A stretch of DNA of 64,000 bases from an uncultured delta proteobacterium (GCA_963727625.1 CAVSHR010000004.1:1280001-1344000); one strand, 5' to 3'; positions 40,195-51,065 are shown, counted from the stretch's first letter. A program made the numbers and translations. The notes: generated by a model not told the origin, from the letters alone.

Positions 40195-40479
40195 GTTGCT
40201 GCGCGATGTCGTCGAAGGACCGTACAAAGTGATCTACCTGATCACCGGCAATCATGATGGCCGGGGTAGCCCCGCGCCGGATGATGACCGCCTCCTGCGT
40301 TTGGTTCCCAAGTGATCACCCGGTGGAAAAAAGGGATTTACTCGCGCCGCCGGCGTCGAAACCTTGCGGTGTTGGTTAAATCGTTGCCTTGCCATTGTAC
40401 ATGATTATTTATGAGTCCATTGGGCGTTGAACCCGGCCACTTGCTGAGATAGGATCAGCCCGCTCTAGCGAGGATCGTC

Positions 40480-41160
40480 ATGCGCAAGAAAGTATTCACT
40501 TGGCTTGGGAAAGAATTCGTCGAGCTCTCCGGCGAAGCGGAGCCGGCGCCAAACGCCGCGCTCGAAGCGCGGGACATTTTTCACCGTTTCGACCTGGAGC
40601 TGCGCAACCACGGCTTGTCGTTGGACAACACCGTGCGCAGCCGCCTTTGGGGACGAGATCGCGAAAGCCGCGATCTTGGCAGCAATGAGCGAGTGAAGAT
40701 TTTAACCGGCAAAGCGCGCTCGGCGAGCTCGAGTTACATCGCTCCGGGAGATTTCGATTCGCCCGCCAAAGTCGCCGTCGATCTGCTCGCCATGCGTCCA
40801 GCTGAAGCAAACGCGGCAAAGCGGGTGGTCGAGTACGATCCGCCGATCGTCCCGATCCGCTTTCTGATTTACGATTCGGTCGTTGTACTTTCCGGTGTGA
40901 CCACGGTTTTACCCACGCTCGAGGACCAGTTGAATAATATCCTGCCGCGCATCCAGGGCTCGTTGACCGCCGCCGGCAGCTCCTGGGATAAGGTCGCGCG
41001 TGTGTCGTTTTATCTTCACCGCACCCAGACCCTCGAGAACCTCAAGCGACTGTTCGCGCGCCATGTCAACCAACCGATAGCTCAAACGGAATATTGTTTC
41101 GTCGATGGTTACTCATCCGAGGGCAAATTCTGCGAAGTTGAGGTCACCGCTCATGTTTAG
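40480..41160 (+). CDS. RidA/YjgF-like protein, two half-domains
   Basis: VLSGVT...Q...I...L..AGSSWDKV..VSFYL...EVEVTA. Confidence 0.65.
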   Translation: MRKKVFTWLGKEFVELSGEAEPAPNAALEARDIFHRFDLELRNHGLSLDNTVRSRLWGRDRESRDLGSNERVKILTGKARSASSSYIAPGDFDSPAKVAVDLLAMRPAEANAAKRVVEYDPPIVPIRFLIYDSVVVLSGVTTVLPTLEDQLNNILPRIQGSLTAAGSSWDKVARVSFYLHRTQTLENLKRLFARHVNQPIAQTEYCFVDGYSSEGKFCEVEVTAHV

Positions 41161-41178
41161 GCTTCACCGGATCGCCCT

Positions 41179-42171
41179 ATGAACAAGCAGAAACTCAGAG
41201 TCGCCATACTCGATGATTTTGAAAAGATCGCAGCCACCGTCCCGGCCTTTGCGAATCTCGAAGCGAGCGCGGATGTGACGATCCTGCCCGGGCGCTTGGA
41301 CGGCTCTGAAAACATCGTCGCTGCCCTACGGGACTTCGACGCCATCCTGCTTATGCGTGAACGCACTTTCTTTAGCGACAAGGAGTACGCGCAGCTGCCG
41401 AAGCTTAAATTTATTTCCCAGACCGGTCGTACAACCAAGCATCTTGATTTGGCCAACGCCACTCGCCGCGGCGTCGCCATCGCCGGCACACCGCCCGACA
41501 ACGGCATGTCGACGATGGAGCTGACCATCGCGCTGATTCTCGCGCTGCTGCGCAAGATTCCTCAGGTGAGCATGCGCATGCGCGAAGAAATCTGGCCTGC
41601 CATAGCGGGAAACACGCTGGTTGGGAAAACCGTCGGTGTTTTTGGTTTTGGCAGGATCGGCAAGGAAGTGGCGCGGATCATGAAAGCGTTTCATGGCACT
41701 CGGGTGCTCGCCTTTTCGCGCACCCTAACTGCCGAACGCGCCGCCGAGGTCGGCGCCGAAAGCGCGTCATTCGAAACCCTGTTGAAAGAATCCGACATTG
41801 TGACGATTCACATCCAGTCCAACCCGGAAACCCGGGGGATTATCGGCGAACGGGAATTCGCGATGATGAAACGCGGCGCCCTGCTGGTGAATACCGCGCG
41901 CGGGCCGATCGTGTCCGAAGCGGCGATGGTCAAGGCGCTGAAAAGCGGCCAACTGGGCGGCGTCGGCCTCGACGTCTACGACATCGAACCGCTGCCGGTG
42001 GACCATCCGCTGCGCCGCATGGACAACGCCATTTTGATGTCGCACCGCGGCTACGCGACGGTCGAAGTTTTGAGCGAGCGCTACGAGCAGGCGATCAACA
42101 ATATTTTAGCATTCATTGACGGCAAACCGCTAAAGCTTTTGAACCCCGAGCCGGCGGCAAAAGGAAACTGA
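41179..42171 (+). CDS. D-2-hydroxyacid dehydrogenase family
   Basis: MRERT, GFGRIG, VNTARG, DVYDIEP, SHRG. Confidence 0.92.
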   Translation: MNKQKLRVAILDDFEKIAATVPAFANLEASADVTILPGRLDGSENIVAALRDFDAILLMRERTFFSDKEYAQLPKLKFISQTGRTTKHLDLANATRRGVAIAGTPPDNGMSTMELTIALILALLRKIPQVSMRMREEIWPAIAGNTLVGKTVGVFGFGRIGKEVARIMKAFHGTRVLAFSRTLTAERAAEVGAESASFETLLKESDIVTIHIQSNPETRGIIGEREFAMMKRGALLVNTARGPIVSEAAMVKALKSGQLGGVGLDVYDIEPLPVDHPLRRMDNAILMSHRGYATVEVLSERYEQAINNILAFIDGKPLKLLNPEPAAKGN

Positions 42172-42274
42172 ATGCTGCTGTCCGCTCCGTCGGTATGATC
42201 CCTCGGCTATCGCTGGCCGCGCAATTTGAATCTTTAAACCTGACTTGCCATCATGATTTAGGAGCTCGCCCAAA

Positions 42275-42940
42275 GTGAGCGAAAAACTTTCCGCGGTAGA
42301 GATCGCCAAAACCTCCGCAATCACTCTCGGCCATTATAATCAGCACGCCGAGAGTTTCTGGGCCGGCACCCGCAACCACGATGTCGGCCAAAACCGCGAA
42401 GCGCTGCTGCAAAACCTGCGTGGCGCCGGGCCGTTTCGCATCCTCGACTTCGGCTGCGGTCCCGGCCGCGACCTGAAAATCTTTCGCGATTTCGGCCACG
42501 AGGCGATCGGCCTCGAAGGGGCCCAACGCTTTGTCGAATTGGCGCGCAGCTACAGCGGCTGCGAGGTTTGGCAGCAAGATTTTCTAAAGCTTGACCTGCC
42601 CGCGGAATATTTTGACGGCATCTTCGCCAACGCTTCGCTTTTCCACGTGCCAAGCCAGGAATTGCCGCGAGTGCTGAGAGAACTTTGGGCGACCCTGAAA
42701 CCGGACGGTGTTCTGTTCAGCTCCAATCCACGCGGCGAAAACCAAGACGGTTGGGACGGCGAGCGCTACGGCTGCTACCATAATTGGGACAGCTGGCGGC
42801 AGCTGGTCATCGCCGCGGGCTTTGCCGAGATCCGCCACTACTATCGACCATCCGGCTTGCCGCGCGAGCAGCAGCCGTGGCTCGCGTCTGTCTGGAGAAA
42901 GCCTTATGAGAAGAACGATCTCTCATTGCATTTGAGATGA
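42275..42940 (+). CDS. Class I SAM-dependent methyltransferase
   Basis: ILDFGCGPGRD, FDGIFANASLFHVP. Confidence 0.9.
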   Translation: MSEKLSAVEIAKTSAITLGHYNQHAESFWAGTRNHDVGQNREALLQNLRGAGPFRILDFGCGPGRDLKIFRDFGHEAIGLEGAQRFVELARSYSGCEVWQQDFLKLDLPAEYFDGIFANASLFHVPSQELPRVLRELWATLKPDGVLFSSNPRGENQDGWDGERYGCYHNWDSWRQLVIAAGFAEIRHYYRPSGLPREQQPWLASVWRKPYEKNDLSLHLR

Positions 42941-43100
42941 CAACTAACGATTGGCGATTCGAGATAATCGGGAAACTTTGATTCCACGACTCGTGCCTCA
43001 CCTCTTCCGTCTCGCACCTCGCGGCAATTGACAGGCGCGCTCACAATCGATTAAGGTGCGATTGAATTTCTCTCAAAACCAGCCCAAGGAGGAACGACCT

Positions 43101-44154
43101 ATGGCCATAGCCAGCGATCTCATCATTTCATCGGATTCCCATGTTATGGAACCGGTGGATCTTTGGAAAAAGGGCGTGCCGGAAAACCTTCGCGACACGG
43201 CGCCGCTGTTTCCGCCCCATCAGGTCGGCGAGGGGTTTCAACAACACGCCGGCGGCTGGGATCCTCACGCCAGAATAAAGGAAATGGAAAAAGACGGATT
43301 GAGCGCCGAAGTGCTCTATCCGACCTTGTTGCTCGATCTGTTCGCGCTAGACGACCCGGCCCTTCAGGAAGCCTGTTTCCGGGTTTACAACGATTGGCTC
43401 ATCGAGTACTGCAGCGTCGACACGCGACCGCTTGATCGGCATTCCGGCCGTCCCCGTGTATAATATCGACACCGGCATCAAGGAGCTCGAGCGTTGCCGC
43501 AAGGCCGGGCTGAAAGGCGCGATTATCTGGCAAGCGCCGCATCCGGATCTCCCCTTTCACTCCAGCCACTACGACAAGCTTTGGGCCGCCTGCCAGGATC
43601 TGGAAGCTCCGGTGAGCCTGCATATCCTGACGGGTCACAGCTACAACAAAGACAAGAACCGCAAGGGCGTCGAGCGCTACCGCGGCAGCGTCAATTTGAA
43701 GCTGATGGACATCGCCAACGGTCTCTTCGAGCTGGTATTTTACGGCGTGCTGGAAAGAAATCCCAAGCTCAAGATCGTCTCGGTGGAGAACGAGAGCGGC
43801 TGGATGCCTTGGATGTTTCAGCAGTGGGATTATTATTACAATCGTTTCAAGAAGCAGAACCCGCCGCCGTTCACGAAGAACCCGAGCAGCTTTGTCAAAG
43901 AACAGATCTATGCCTGCTTCTTCAACGATCATGTCTGCGGCGAAAATCTAAAATTTTGGGGCGAAGACAACATTATGTGGTCGAACGATTTCCCCCATCC
44001 TAACTCCACCTGGCCCAACTCGCTGAAAATCATTGAACGGGATCTCGGCCACCTGCCGGCGGAAATCCAGCGCAAAGTGGTCTGCGACAATGTTTGCCGG
44101 CTTTACGATATCGATGCCGCCAAGCTCCCCCGGGTGGAAAAGCAGGCGGCATAA
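43101..44154 (+). CDS. Amidohydrolase-2 family protein, split by one frameshift near 43425
   Basis: ISSDSHVMEP...YNDWLIEYCS in ORF 43056-43463; RLIGIP...SLH...WSNDFPHPNSTWP in ORF 43432-44154. Confidence 0.85.
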
Positions 44155-44190
44155 ACCACGGAGATCATTCGCAACCAGAGGAAAGCCTTT

Positions 44191-44637
44191 TTGAAAAGCA
44201 TCAAGAAAATCCTTTACGCGACCGACTATTCGAAAGCATCGGCGCGCGCCTTTGACGAAGCCGTCAAGCTCGCCAAGCAAAACCGCGCCGAGCTCTTGGT
44301 CGTCCATGTCGTCGAGCCGACGCCCTATGTGGCCGGTGAAGAGTTCGGCAGCGCCCAGATTTACGCCAAACTTGAAGACGCCGCGAAGCGCGCGGCTCAA
44401 TCGTCAATGGCGAAGCTGATGCAACGGTTAAAAAAGCTCAGAGTCAAAGCGCAGAGTCTCTTGCTCAGAGGCTCTGCCCGCGAGCAAATCGTCAAAGCGG
44501 CCAAGAGCAAGAAAGCCGACCTCATCGTCATCGGCACCCACGGTCGCACCGGTCTATCGAAATTGTTCATGGGCAGCGTCGCCGGCAGCGTGGTCTCGAC
44601 GGCGGCCTGTCCGGTAATGACCGTGCGCGGAAAATAA
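44191..44637 (+). CDS. Universal stress protein
   Basis: ILYATDYS, DLIVIGTHGRTGL..LFMGSVA, CPVMTV. Confidence 0.92.
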   Translation: MKSIKKILYATDYSKASARAFDEAVKLAKQNRAELLVVHVVEPTPYVAGEEFGSAQIYAKLEDAAKRAAQSSMAKLMQRLKKLRVKAQSLLLRGSAREQIVKAAKSKKADLIVIGTHGRTGLSKLFMGSVAGSVVSTAACPVMTVRGK

Positions 44638-44645
44638 TTGGCATC

Positions 44646-45212
44646 ATGACGAATTCGTACTCGCTCAACGACTTTGTTAGCGATCTCGATCGCATCACTC
44701 GGGACGAAAAGTCCCAGGAGAAAATCGTTGCCGCAGCCAAGCCGCTGCTCGCCAAGCTGGTTAGCCAGCGCGATTGCCTCGCGCCGCAGTACCGCAAGCG
44801 CGGCTCCACCGCCTACGGCCGCTACATGTTGCACCGCGCGCCGTTGTTCAATATTTCCGCGGTGGTGTGGGGACCGGGGGACAACGCCAAGGCGCACAAT
44901 CATGACACCTGGGGCATGGTCGGTGTGATCGAGAACGAAATTCAGGAAACCCGCTTCGTGCGCAAAGACGACGGCGCCGATCCCGAGAAGGCCGAGATCG
45001 AAGCGACCAAGCTCCTGGTCAATAAAGCGGGAATGGTCTCTTGCCTGATCGCGCCCAACGACGACATTCACGAGATGAACAACGTCACCGATCGGGATAC
45101 CGTGGAGATCCACGTTTACGGCAAGGACCTCACCGACATGCCGCGTCTGCGCTTCGACGTCGCCAGCGGCACGGTTAAAACCTTCGCCAGCCCGAAGTAC
45201 GACAATTGCTGA
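44646..45212 (+). CDS. Cysteine/thiol dioxygenase family (cupin)
   Basis: YGRY, WGPG...AHNH.TWG, DIH, IHVYG. Confidence 0.82.
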   Translation: MTNSYSLNDFVSDLDRITRDEKSQEKIVAAAKPLLAKLVSQRDCLAPQYRKRGSTAYGRYMLHRAPLFNISAVVWGPGDNAKAHNHDTWGMVGVIENEIQETRFVRKDDGADPEKAEIEATKLLVNKAGMVSCLIAPNDDIHEMNNVTDRDTVEIHVYGKDLTDMPRLRFDVASGTVKTFASPKYDNC

Positions 45213-45222
45213 GGCGCTTCGG

Positions 45223-46801
45223 CTAGCGCTCCAGCTTCACTTCCCAATCCAGATAACGCTGCATATCTTCTTTGTTGCCCCGGATCGAAGGCGACACCAC
45301 GACGTCGTTGGTCGGCGTCAAGCACGCGACTAAGCCTTGCTCGATTGGCAGTCCCGCCGCCGACCATGCGCGCACACCGCCGTCGAGTACGGCGATGTCC
45401 CTATACCCCATCTCGCTCAAGGTGCGCGCGGCCAGCAATCGACTGCCGGCCGTCGGTACAGCTGACGACGATCGCCTGATTGCGATCGGTGAACAGCTCG
45501 GGCATCCGCGGTTCGAGCCAGCCGCGCGACATCCATTGCGCGCCCGGCAAATGCGCCTCCGCGAACTCGAGACTCGTGCCCAGATCAAGAATCGAGATCG
45601 ATGATTCCCGCAGCTTGCGGTCGAGCGCGTGCGCCTCGATTGAGTGTGTCTGCGCTTTGCTCGCCGCCAGGCCCAAAGGCTCGTTGCCCCCAACCCCGGT
45701 CTCGACGGTACCTCCCTGCCGCGACCACGCCTCCAAGCCGCCCTCCAGGACAAAGATTTTTGGGAAACCCATCTGACGGTACCAGTAAGCCGCCATCACC
45801 GCGCGCGCCGATTGATCGCTGATGAAAATGATCGGCGCGTTGCGCACCGCAACGAAATCGTCGGCACGCTGCACCGCCTGGCCCCCGGGGACGCTGTGCG
45901 ATCCGGGCAAGTGGCCTGACTCGAATTCGCTCTCGGAGCGAACATCCATGAGATAATGCATGGCGCCTTTCACTCCCATCCAGCGGGCTAATTCCGCGGG
46001 CGAGATCCACGAAAGTTTTTCCTCCTCAGCGATTCGCCGCGCCAAAGCCGCAGCGTTGTCTTTGCCTCCTTGCGGCGCCGCCAGCCCGCTCCGTTGCGGC
46101 CGGGTTTCCAGCTCCAAGCCGGCAAGCACCCAACCCATCGTGCCGTTTCGAAGCGCCCGGACATTGGTCAAACCCAAGCGCCTCAGTGCCGCCGTGCCGA
46201 TAATACTCCGCGTGCGGCCGGCGCAATTGACAACGATCGGCCCGTTATTTTTTCGCTTCAGCTCTTCCGCCCAGAGAATTAGATCTCCACCGGGAACGTT
46301 GATGCCGCCTGGAATGCAGAATCGTCCGTACTCTTCGGGAGTGCGCACATCTAGAATCATCAGGTCTGCGAAGCGGGTTTTTAAATCCTTGAGCTCCTGA
46401 GAGGTCAAGTCCGGCACGTCGCGATCGTGATGTACTTTTTCGCCGAAGGCCTTGCTCGGCACGTTTACACCGCTGACCGTGGGCCGGCCTTCCTTTTGCC
46501 ACGCGCGCAGACCATCCTGAAGAATCGCAACCTGCTCGTAGCCGAACCGCAGCAGCGTGGCCGCCGCTAGAGGCGCGCGCACATCGCCCTCGCCGTAGAG
46601 GACTATTGGCACTTTGCGGTCGGGCACCAGCTCGGCGATACGAAACTCGATTTGGCTGCGCGGCAAGGAGGTCGCGCCGGGAATTTGGCATTCGTTGAAT
46701 TCGCCCCGCTCGCGCACGTCGAAGACTGCATACAGCTGGTCCGACGCCATCCGAGCGTCGAGATCCTGACAAGAAACAATCGCGTTCATCAATCTTTGCA
46801 C
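45223..46801 (-). CDS. Multi-domain rhodanese/sulfurtransferase, frameshift near 45438
   Basis: Four rhodanese repeats (DVRE, DVRT..CAGRTRS, DVRS, DLG..HLPGA); C-terminus LAARTL...LDGG..AW...YLDWE in ORF 45223-45753. Confidence 0.85.
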
Positions 46802-47043
46802 TCCGGTTAGATCTGCTTACTCTGCGATAGCGGCCCGGTTAGGTCAAGAAGGCGCCGCAATGTTGATCGTTGGCACGGTGAAAAAGATCCCCACAGCGCT
46901 GAATGGATTCGCGTTCAACACGGCCGCTCCGCGCTCGTCTTGACCTCTTGTCCCGATCTGTTCTACTTATGCCAGCGGCAAATTGAAAGGCGATCACTTA
47001 TCATTAAGAGCATTGCCGAGCGATTAAACGCACGGAGGACATT

Positions 47044-48024
47044 ATGACAACGATTCACGAACGGTTTAGCGGACTTTTCATTCCTCATGTCACCCCTTTT
47101 GACGATTCCGGTGAGCTTGACCTGCCTAGTCTGATGCGCCTGACCAAATACTTTTCTTCGCTCCCGGGCGTGGCCGGCCTGGTCTCCTGTGCGCGAATCG
47201 GCGAAAGTCCGGTGCTGAGTATCGATGAAAAGCGCCAAGTTTATGAAGTTTCCGGCAAAGCCGCGCGCGACGGCGGCAAGGTGCATATTGCTACGATCGC
47301 GCCGCAATCGACCGACGAAGCGGTGCGCCTCATGCGCGATCTTGAAAATCTGCCGGTGGACGGCGTGATGATTTTCCCGCCCTTGCTGTTTGCATGGGGC
47401 AAAGTCGATCCCAATCTCAAGGTGCGATTTTTCGAAGACTTGGCCCGGGAAACCAAACTTCCAGTCGTGCTTTTTCAAGTACCGGTGAAAAGTTACTACT
47501 ATGACCCTGCGACGATTTGCCGCATTGCGCGCCTTGAAAACGTCGTCGCCTTCAAAGAGGCTTCCTTCGACATCGATCTGTTCACTCAGACCGTCAAAGC
47601 GCTCAAGCGCGACCAAGCCGCCATGCGCGTGCTCACCGGCAACGATCGCTTTGTCGCCGAGAGCTACCAGATCGGCGCTAACGGCGCGCTCATCGGCGTT
47701 GCCAATGTCGCCACAGAAAAATGGGGCGCCATGGATTTCTCCGGACGCGCGGGAAGGTTCGAAGAAGCGGTGGCGATCCAGCGCGAGCTGGAATCAGTGA
47801 AAGAACTCGTTTTCAGCGAACCCATCGTCGAAGCGGTGGCGCGCATCAAAGTGGTCTTGCAGCATGACGGCTTGATCAAAACCGCCAAGGTGCGCCGCCC
47901 CCAGCTGGGAATATCGGAAGCCGAGCAAAAGCAGCTCCTCGACAGCTACACTGTTTTGAAGCGAAATGAATTTCGCGGCGGGGAAGAGCCCAAAGGCTCA
48001 GCGCACCATCAAGCGGTGGGCTGA
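47044..48024 (+). CDS. Dihydrodipicolinate synthase-like class I aldolase/lyase
   Basis: VTPFDD.G.LD, GE, FKEAS Schiff-base Lys, LTGND. Confidence 0.85.
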   Translation: MTTIHERFSGLFIPHVTPFDDSGELDLPSLMRLTKYFSSLPGVAGLVSCARIGESPVLSIDEKRQVYEVSGKAARDGGKVHIATIAPQSTDEAVRLMRDLENLPVDGVMIFPPLLFAWGKVDPNLKVRFFEDLARETKLPVVLFQVPVKSYYYDPATICRIARLENVVAFKEASFDIDLFTQTVKALKRDQAAMRVLTGNDRFVAESYQIGANGALIGVANVATEKWGAMDFSGRAGRFEEAVAIQRELESVKELVFSEPIVEAVARIKVVLQHDGLIKTAKVRRPQLGISEAEQKQLLDSYTVLKRNEFRGGEEPKGSAHHQAVG

Positions 48025-48114
48025 GTCGCCAATAAATCGCCGCGCAGGGCACGGGCAATCCGAAGGCAACGGTGCTTTTTCCCTCGTGGTCTTCGCGGTA
48101 GAGTTTTTCTCATG

Positions 48115-49392
48115 TCAACTTACATCCTCCGGCATCCATCCGGGAATCACCAAAGCACACAACGTCACGGTCACCCCCAGTAGAATCATCGCGCTCAGCG
48201 CCAAAGACCAGTGCACGCCGATCACGCCGCCGACCACGCCGACGGTCACGCCGCTAAAGGCTCGCAGACCGTTGTTTGACGTGTTGAATAACCCGATCAA
48301 CCGGCCGCGCAGTTGTGCCGGCGCTTGCAGTTGCACAAGCGTCTGAGCCATCGAGAGAAACGCGAGATTCAAAAGCCCTGCGCAGAAAAGCAAACCCACC
48401 GACAGGGAGTAGCTATGCGACGCGGCGAAGCCGATGATCGCCAGGCACCAAAGGATCGAGCAGATTGCGGCGTTGCGCGCGTTCGCCTTGAGTAAACCTC
48501 TGCCTTCGAGCAAGATACCGCCGACAACCGCACCTGCGGCGCTGGCCGCGAGCAGCACGCTGTAAGCCAGGTCTTGCTTGTCATGGCCGTACTCGTGGGC
48601 GAACTCCGGCATCTGCGCTTGGAAGGCGTTGCCGACCAGCAGTGACGTTGCGCCGCCGAGCAGGATCATCGAGAGAATCGTCGGGTTCGCTGAGGTCTCG
48701 CGCAAGAGCTGGATGGTACTGGCGAGGCTAAATCGCGCCGTCCTGCCGCTGGCGCCGCTCTCGCGCCCGTGGCCGCTGTAGGGCAGCATGGACATAAAAA
48801 AAACCATCGGCAAAAACATCAGCACATTGATGAAGAGCCCCGTCGGCGGGCCGAACAGCAGCATGGTTGCGCCGCCGATTGCCGGGCCAAGTAAAACCCC
48901 CAACTGGCGCCCGGTGGAGTTGAGCCGCACCGCACTCTGCAGATACTCACGGCCGACGATGTCGTGGATGATCAGCTGGCTCGCCGGACTGCCTAATACG
49001 CCGGCCATGCCGTGAATCACCAGCAGCACACAGGCATGCCAGATCTGAATTGTGCCGGTCAGAAATAAGATCGCCCAGGTCAAGGAGACCGCCGCGTACA
49101 TACACTGCGCGGTTTGAATCACGCGCCGGCAATCGTGGCGATCGGCCAGCGCACCGAAATAAACCGCGAAGAACAAAAACGGCGTCCAGTGACTAATCAC
49201 GGCGAAGCCGGCCAGCACCGGCGAATGAAATTTTTGATAGAGCATCCAGTAGCTGATCACATGCTCGATGTTGTCGCCCATGGTCGAAAACAAGTTAACC
49301 AGAAAATAGCGGCGATAGTCGCGGTGGTGCAGCGCCGCGAATGCGACTCTGCGCTCGGGCGCTGCCTTCGTAGGAGAGGAATTAACAGCCAT
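48115..49392 (-). CDS. MFS transporter (MFS_3/EntS-like), paralog 3
   Basis: FAALHHRDYR, DNIEHVISYW, GALADRHDCR. Confidence 0.9.
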   Translation of the reverse strand: MAVNSSPTKAAPERRVAFAALHHRDYRRYFLVNLFSTMGDNIEHVISYWMLYQKFHSPVLAGFAVISHWTPFLFFAVYFGALADRHDCRRVIQTAQCMYAAVSLTWAILFLTGTIQIWHACVLLVIHGMAGVLGSPASQLIIHDIVGREYLQSAVRLNSTGRQLGVLLGPAIGGATMLLFGPPTGLFINVLMFLPMVFFMSMLPYSGHGRESGASGRTARFSLASTIQLLRETSANPTILSMILLGGATSLLVGNAFQAQMPEFAHEYGHDKQDLAYSVLLAASAAGAVVGGILLEGRGLLKANARNAAICSILWCLAIIGFAASHSYSLSVGLLFCAGLLNLAFLSMAQTLVQLQAPAQLRGRLIGLFNTSNNGLRAFSGVTVGVVGGVIGVHWSLALSAMILLGVTVTLCALVIPGWMPEDVS

Positions 49393-49402
49393 GACGCCAT
49401 TT

Positions 49403-49520
49403 AGGAAAGGATGAGGCAGAGAGAGGAAGGATGGCGCAAGAATCAAGAAACACCGAGAGGCCTGTTGATTTTGGTTTCATTTTTACCTTTTGCCTTTTTA
49501 CTTTTGCCCTTTTGCCCCCT
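49403..49520. repeat. Inverted arrays of ~7 bp purine/pyrimidine repeats
   Basis: aggaaaggatgaggcagagagagg arm; ttttacc ttttgcc tttttac ttttgccc arm. Confidence 0.6.
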
Positions 49521-49530
49521 CCTTGACCGT

Positions 49531-50784
49531 TTAGCTAAACTCTTCCCGCGGCCCGCCCGGACTGGCGAAAGCAAACAGAACCACCGTCACGGTCAACAAA
49601 GCCAGCGCGCTGCCCGCGAGCGACCAGTGGACGCCGATCAAACCGCCCAGCACCCCTACGGTCAAACCGCTGAAGGCTTTGAGTCCCATGCTGGACATGG
49701 CGAACAGACCGATCAACCGGCCGCGCAGTCGCGGCGGCGCGAGCAGTTGCACGATGGTCTGTCCCATGGACGAAAACGTCAGGTTCAAAATTCCGGCGCT
49801 AAAAAGCAGCGCCAACGAAAGATAATAATTCGTCGACAGCGCAAATCCTGTGATCGCCACGCACCAAAGAATCGCGCTGATCATGGCGGTTTGCACGCGC
49901 GGTGGCAGCCAACCGCGACCCTCGAGTAAAAATCCGCCGATCACAGCGCCGGCCGCGTTGGCGCCGAGCAGCGCGCTGTAGGCGAAGTTGGCCTTTTCCG
50001 TGCCGAGGTCGTGGGCAAATTCGGGCATGGTCGCTTGAAACGCGCTTCCGACGAAAAACGACACGCAGCCGGCCAGCACGACCATCGTGATAATCGGCCG
50101 GTTGCCGGAAACTTCGCGGACAACTTCAAAGGCGTCGCGCCAACCAAGCGCGCGCCGCGCCGGCGCCGCCCCTTCGCGGCTATGGCCGGTATAGGGCACG
50201 GTCAACAACCAGATCGTCAACGGCAAATAAATCAGCGTGTTGACTACCAGACCCGCCGCGGGGCTCAACAAAAGCATCAGACCGCCGCCCACCGCGGGAC
50301 CAAAAAGAATTCCCAGTTGCCGGCTGGTAGAATTGAGCCGCACCGCGCTCTGCAGCTGCTCGCCGCCGACGATGTCGTGAATCAGCAGCTGGCTCCCGGG
50401 TCCCCAGAGTACGCCGGCCATGCCGTGAATCACCAGTAGAACGCAGGCGTGCCAGACTTGGATGGAGTCGGTGAAAAACAAAAACGCCCACGTCGCCGAC
50501 ACGCCCATGTACATGATTTGCGCCACCTGGATGACTTTGCGGCAATCGAAGCGGTCCGCGAGCGCGCCGAAGTAGACGGCGAAAAGCAAGAACGGCGTCC
50601 AGTGGCTGAGCACGGCGAAGCCGGCCAAAACCGGCGAATGAAACTTTTCATAGAGAAGCCAATAACTGATCACATGCTCGATGTTATCCGCCATCATGGC
50701 GAGCATCGTCGCCGCAAAGTAAGCGCGAAAATCCTTATTGTGCAACGCCGCAAAGGCGATTTTCTTATCTGTAGCAGCGGCCAC
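49531..50784 (-). CDS. MFS transporter (MFS_3/EntS-like), paralog 2
   Basis: FAALHNKDFR, DNIEHVISYW, GALADRFDCR. Confidence 0.9.
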   Translation of the reverse strand: MAAATDKKIAFAALHNKDFRAYFAATMLAMMADNIEHVISYWLLYEKFHSPVLAGFAVLSHWTPFLLFAVYFGALADRFDCRKVIQVAQIMYMGVSATWAFLFFTDSIQVWHACVLLVIHGMAGVLWGPGSQLLIHDIVGGEQLQSAVRLNSTSRQLGILFGPAVGGGLMLLLSPAAGLVVNTLIYLPLTIWLLTVPYTGHSREGAAPARRALGWRDAFEVVREVSGNRPIITMVVLAGCVSFFVGSAFQATMPEFAHDLGTEKANFAYSALLGANAAGAVIGGFLLEGRGWLPPRVQTAMISAILWCVAITGFALSTNYYLSLALLFSAGILNLTFSSMGQTIVQLLAPPRLRGRLIGLFAMSSMGLKAFSGLTVGVLGGLIGVHWSLAGSALALLTVTVVLFAFASPGGPREEFS

Positions 50785-50945
50785 GGAAACTCCAAAACAA
50801 ATTGGATTGAGTTGGGACAGTAACGAATCTTAGAAAGCTACGCAAATTGCTGGAATGGAGAACAAGGGGAGCGGGGATATGGAACAACCCTCGGATCCAA
50901 GGCCGAGTAGTTCTGAATTCGTCGACTCACGGTCGACATCCCTTT

Positions 50946-50970
50946 CGTCATTCCGGCGGAAGCGGAATCC
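50946..50970. repeat. CGTC-type REP-like palindrome
   Basis: CGTCATTCCGGCGGAAGCGGAATCC. Confidence 0.65.
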
Positions 50971-51065
50971 ATGTGTCTTAGGTAATCAGGAGGAGACGGA
51001 ATCTCGCTATATGGGTGAGCCAATCAGGGAATTGAAATGCGATACCGTTGAGGCGGGGCATACGC

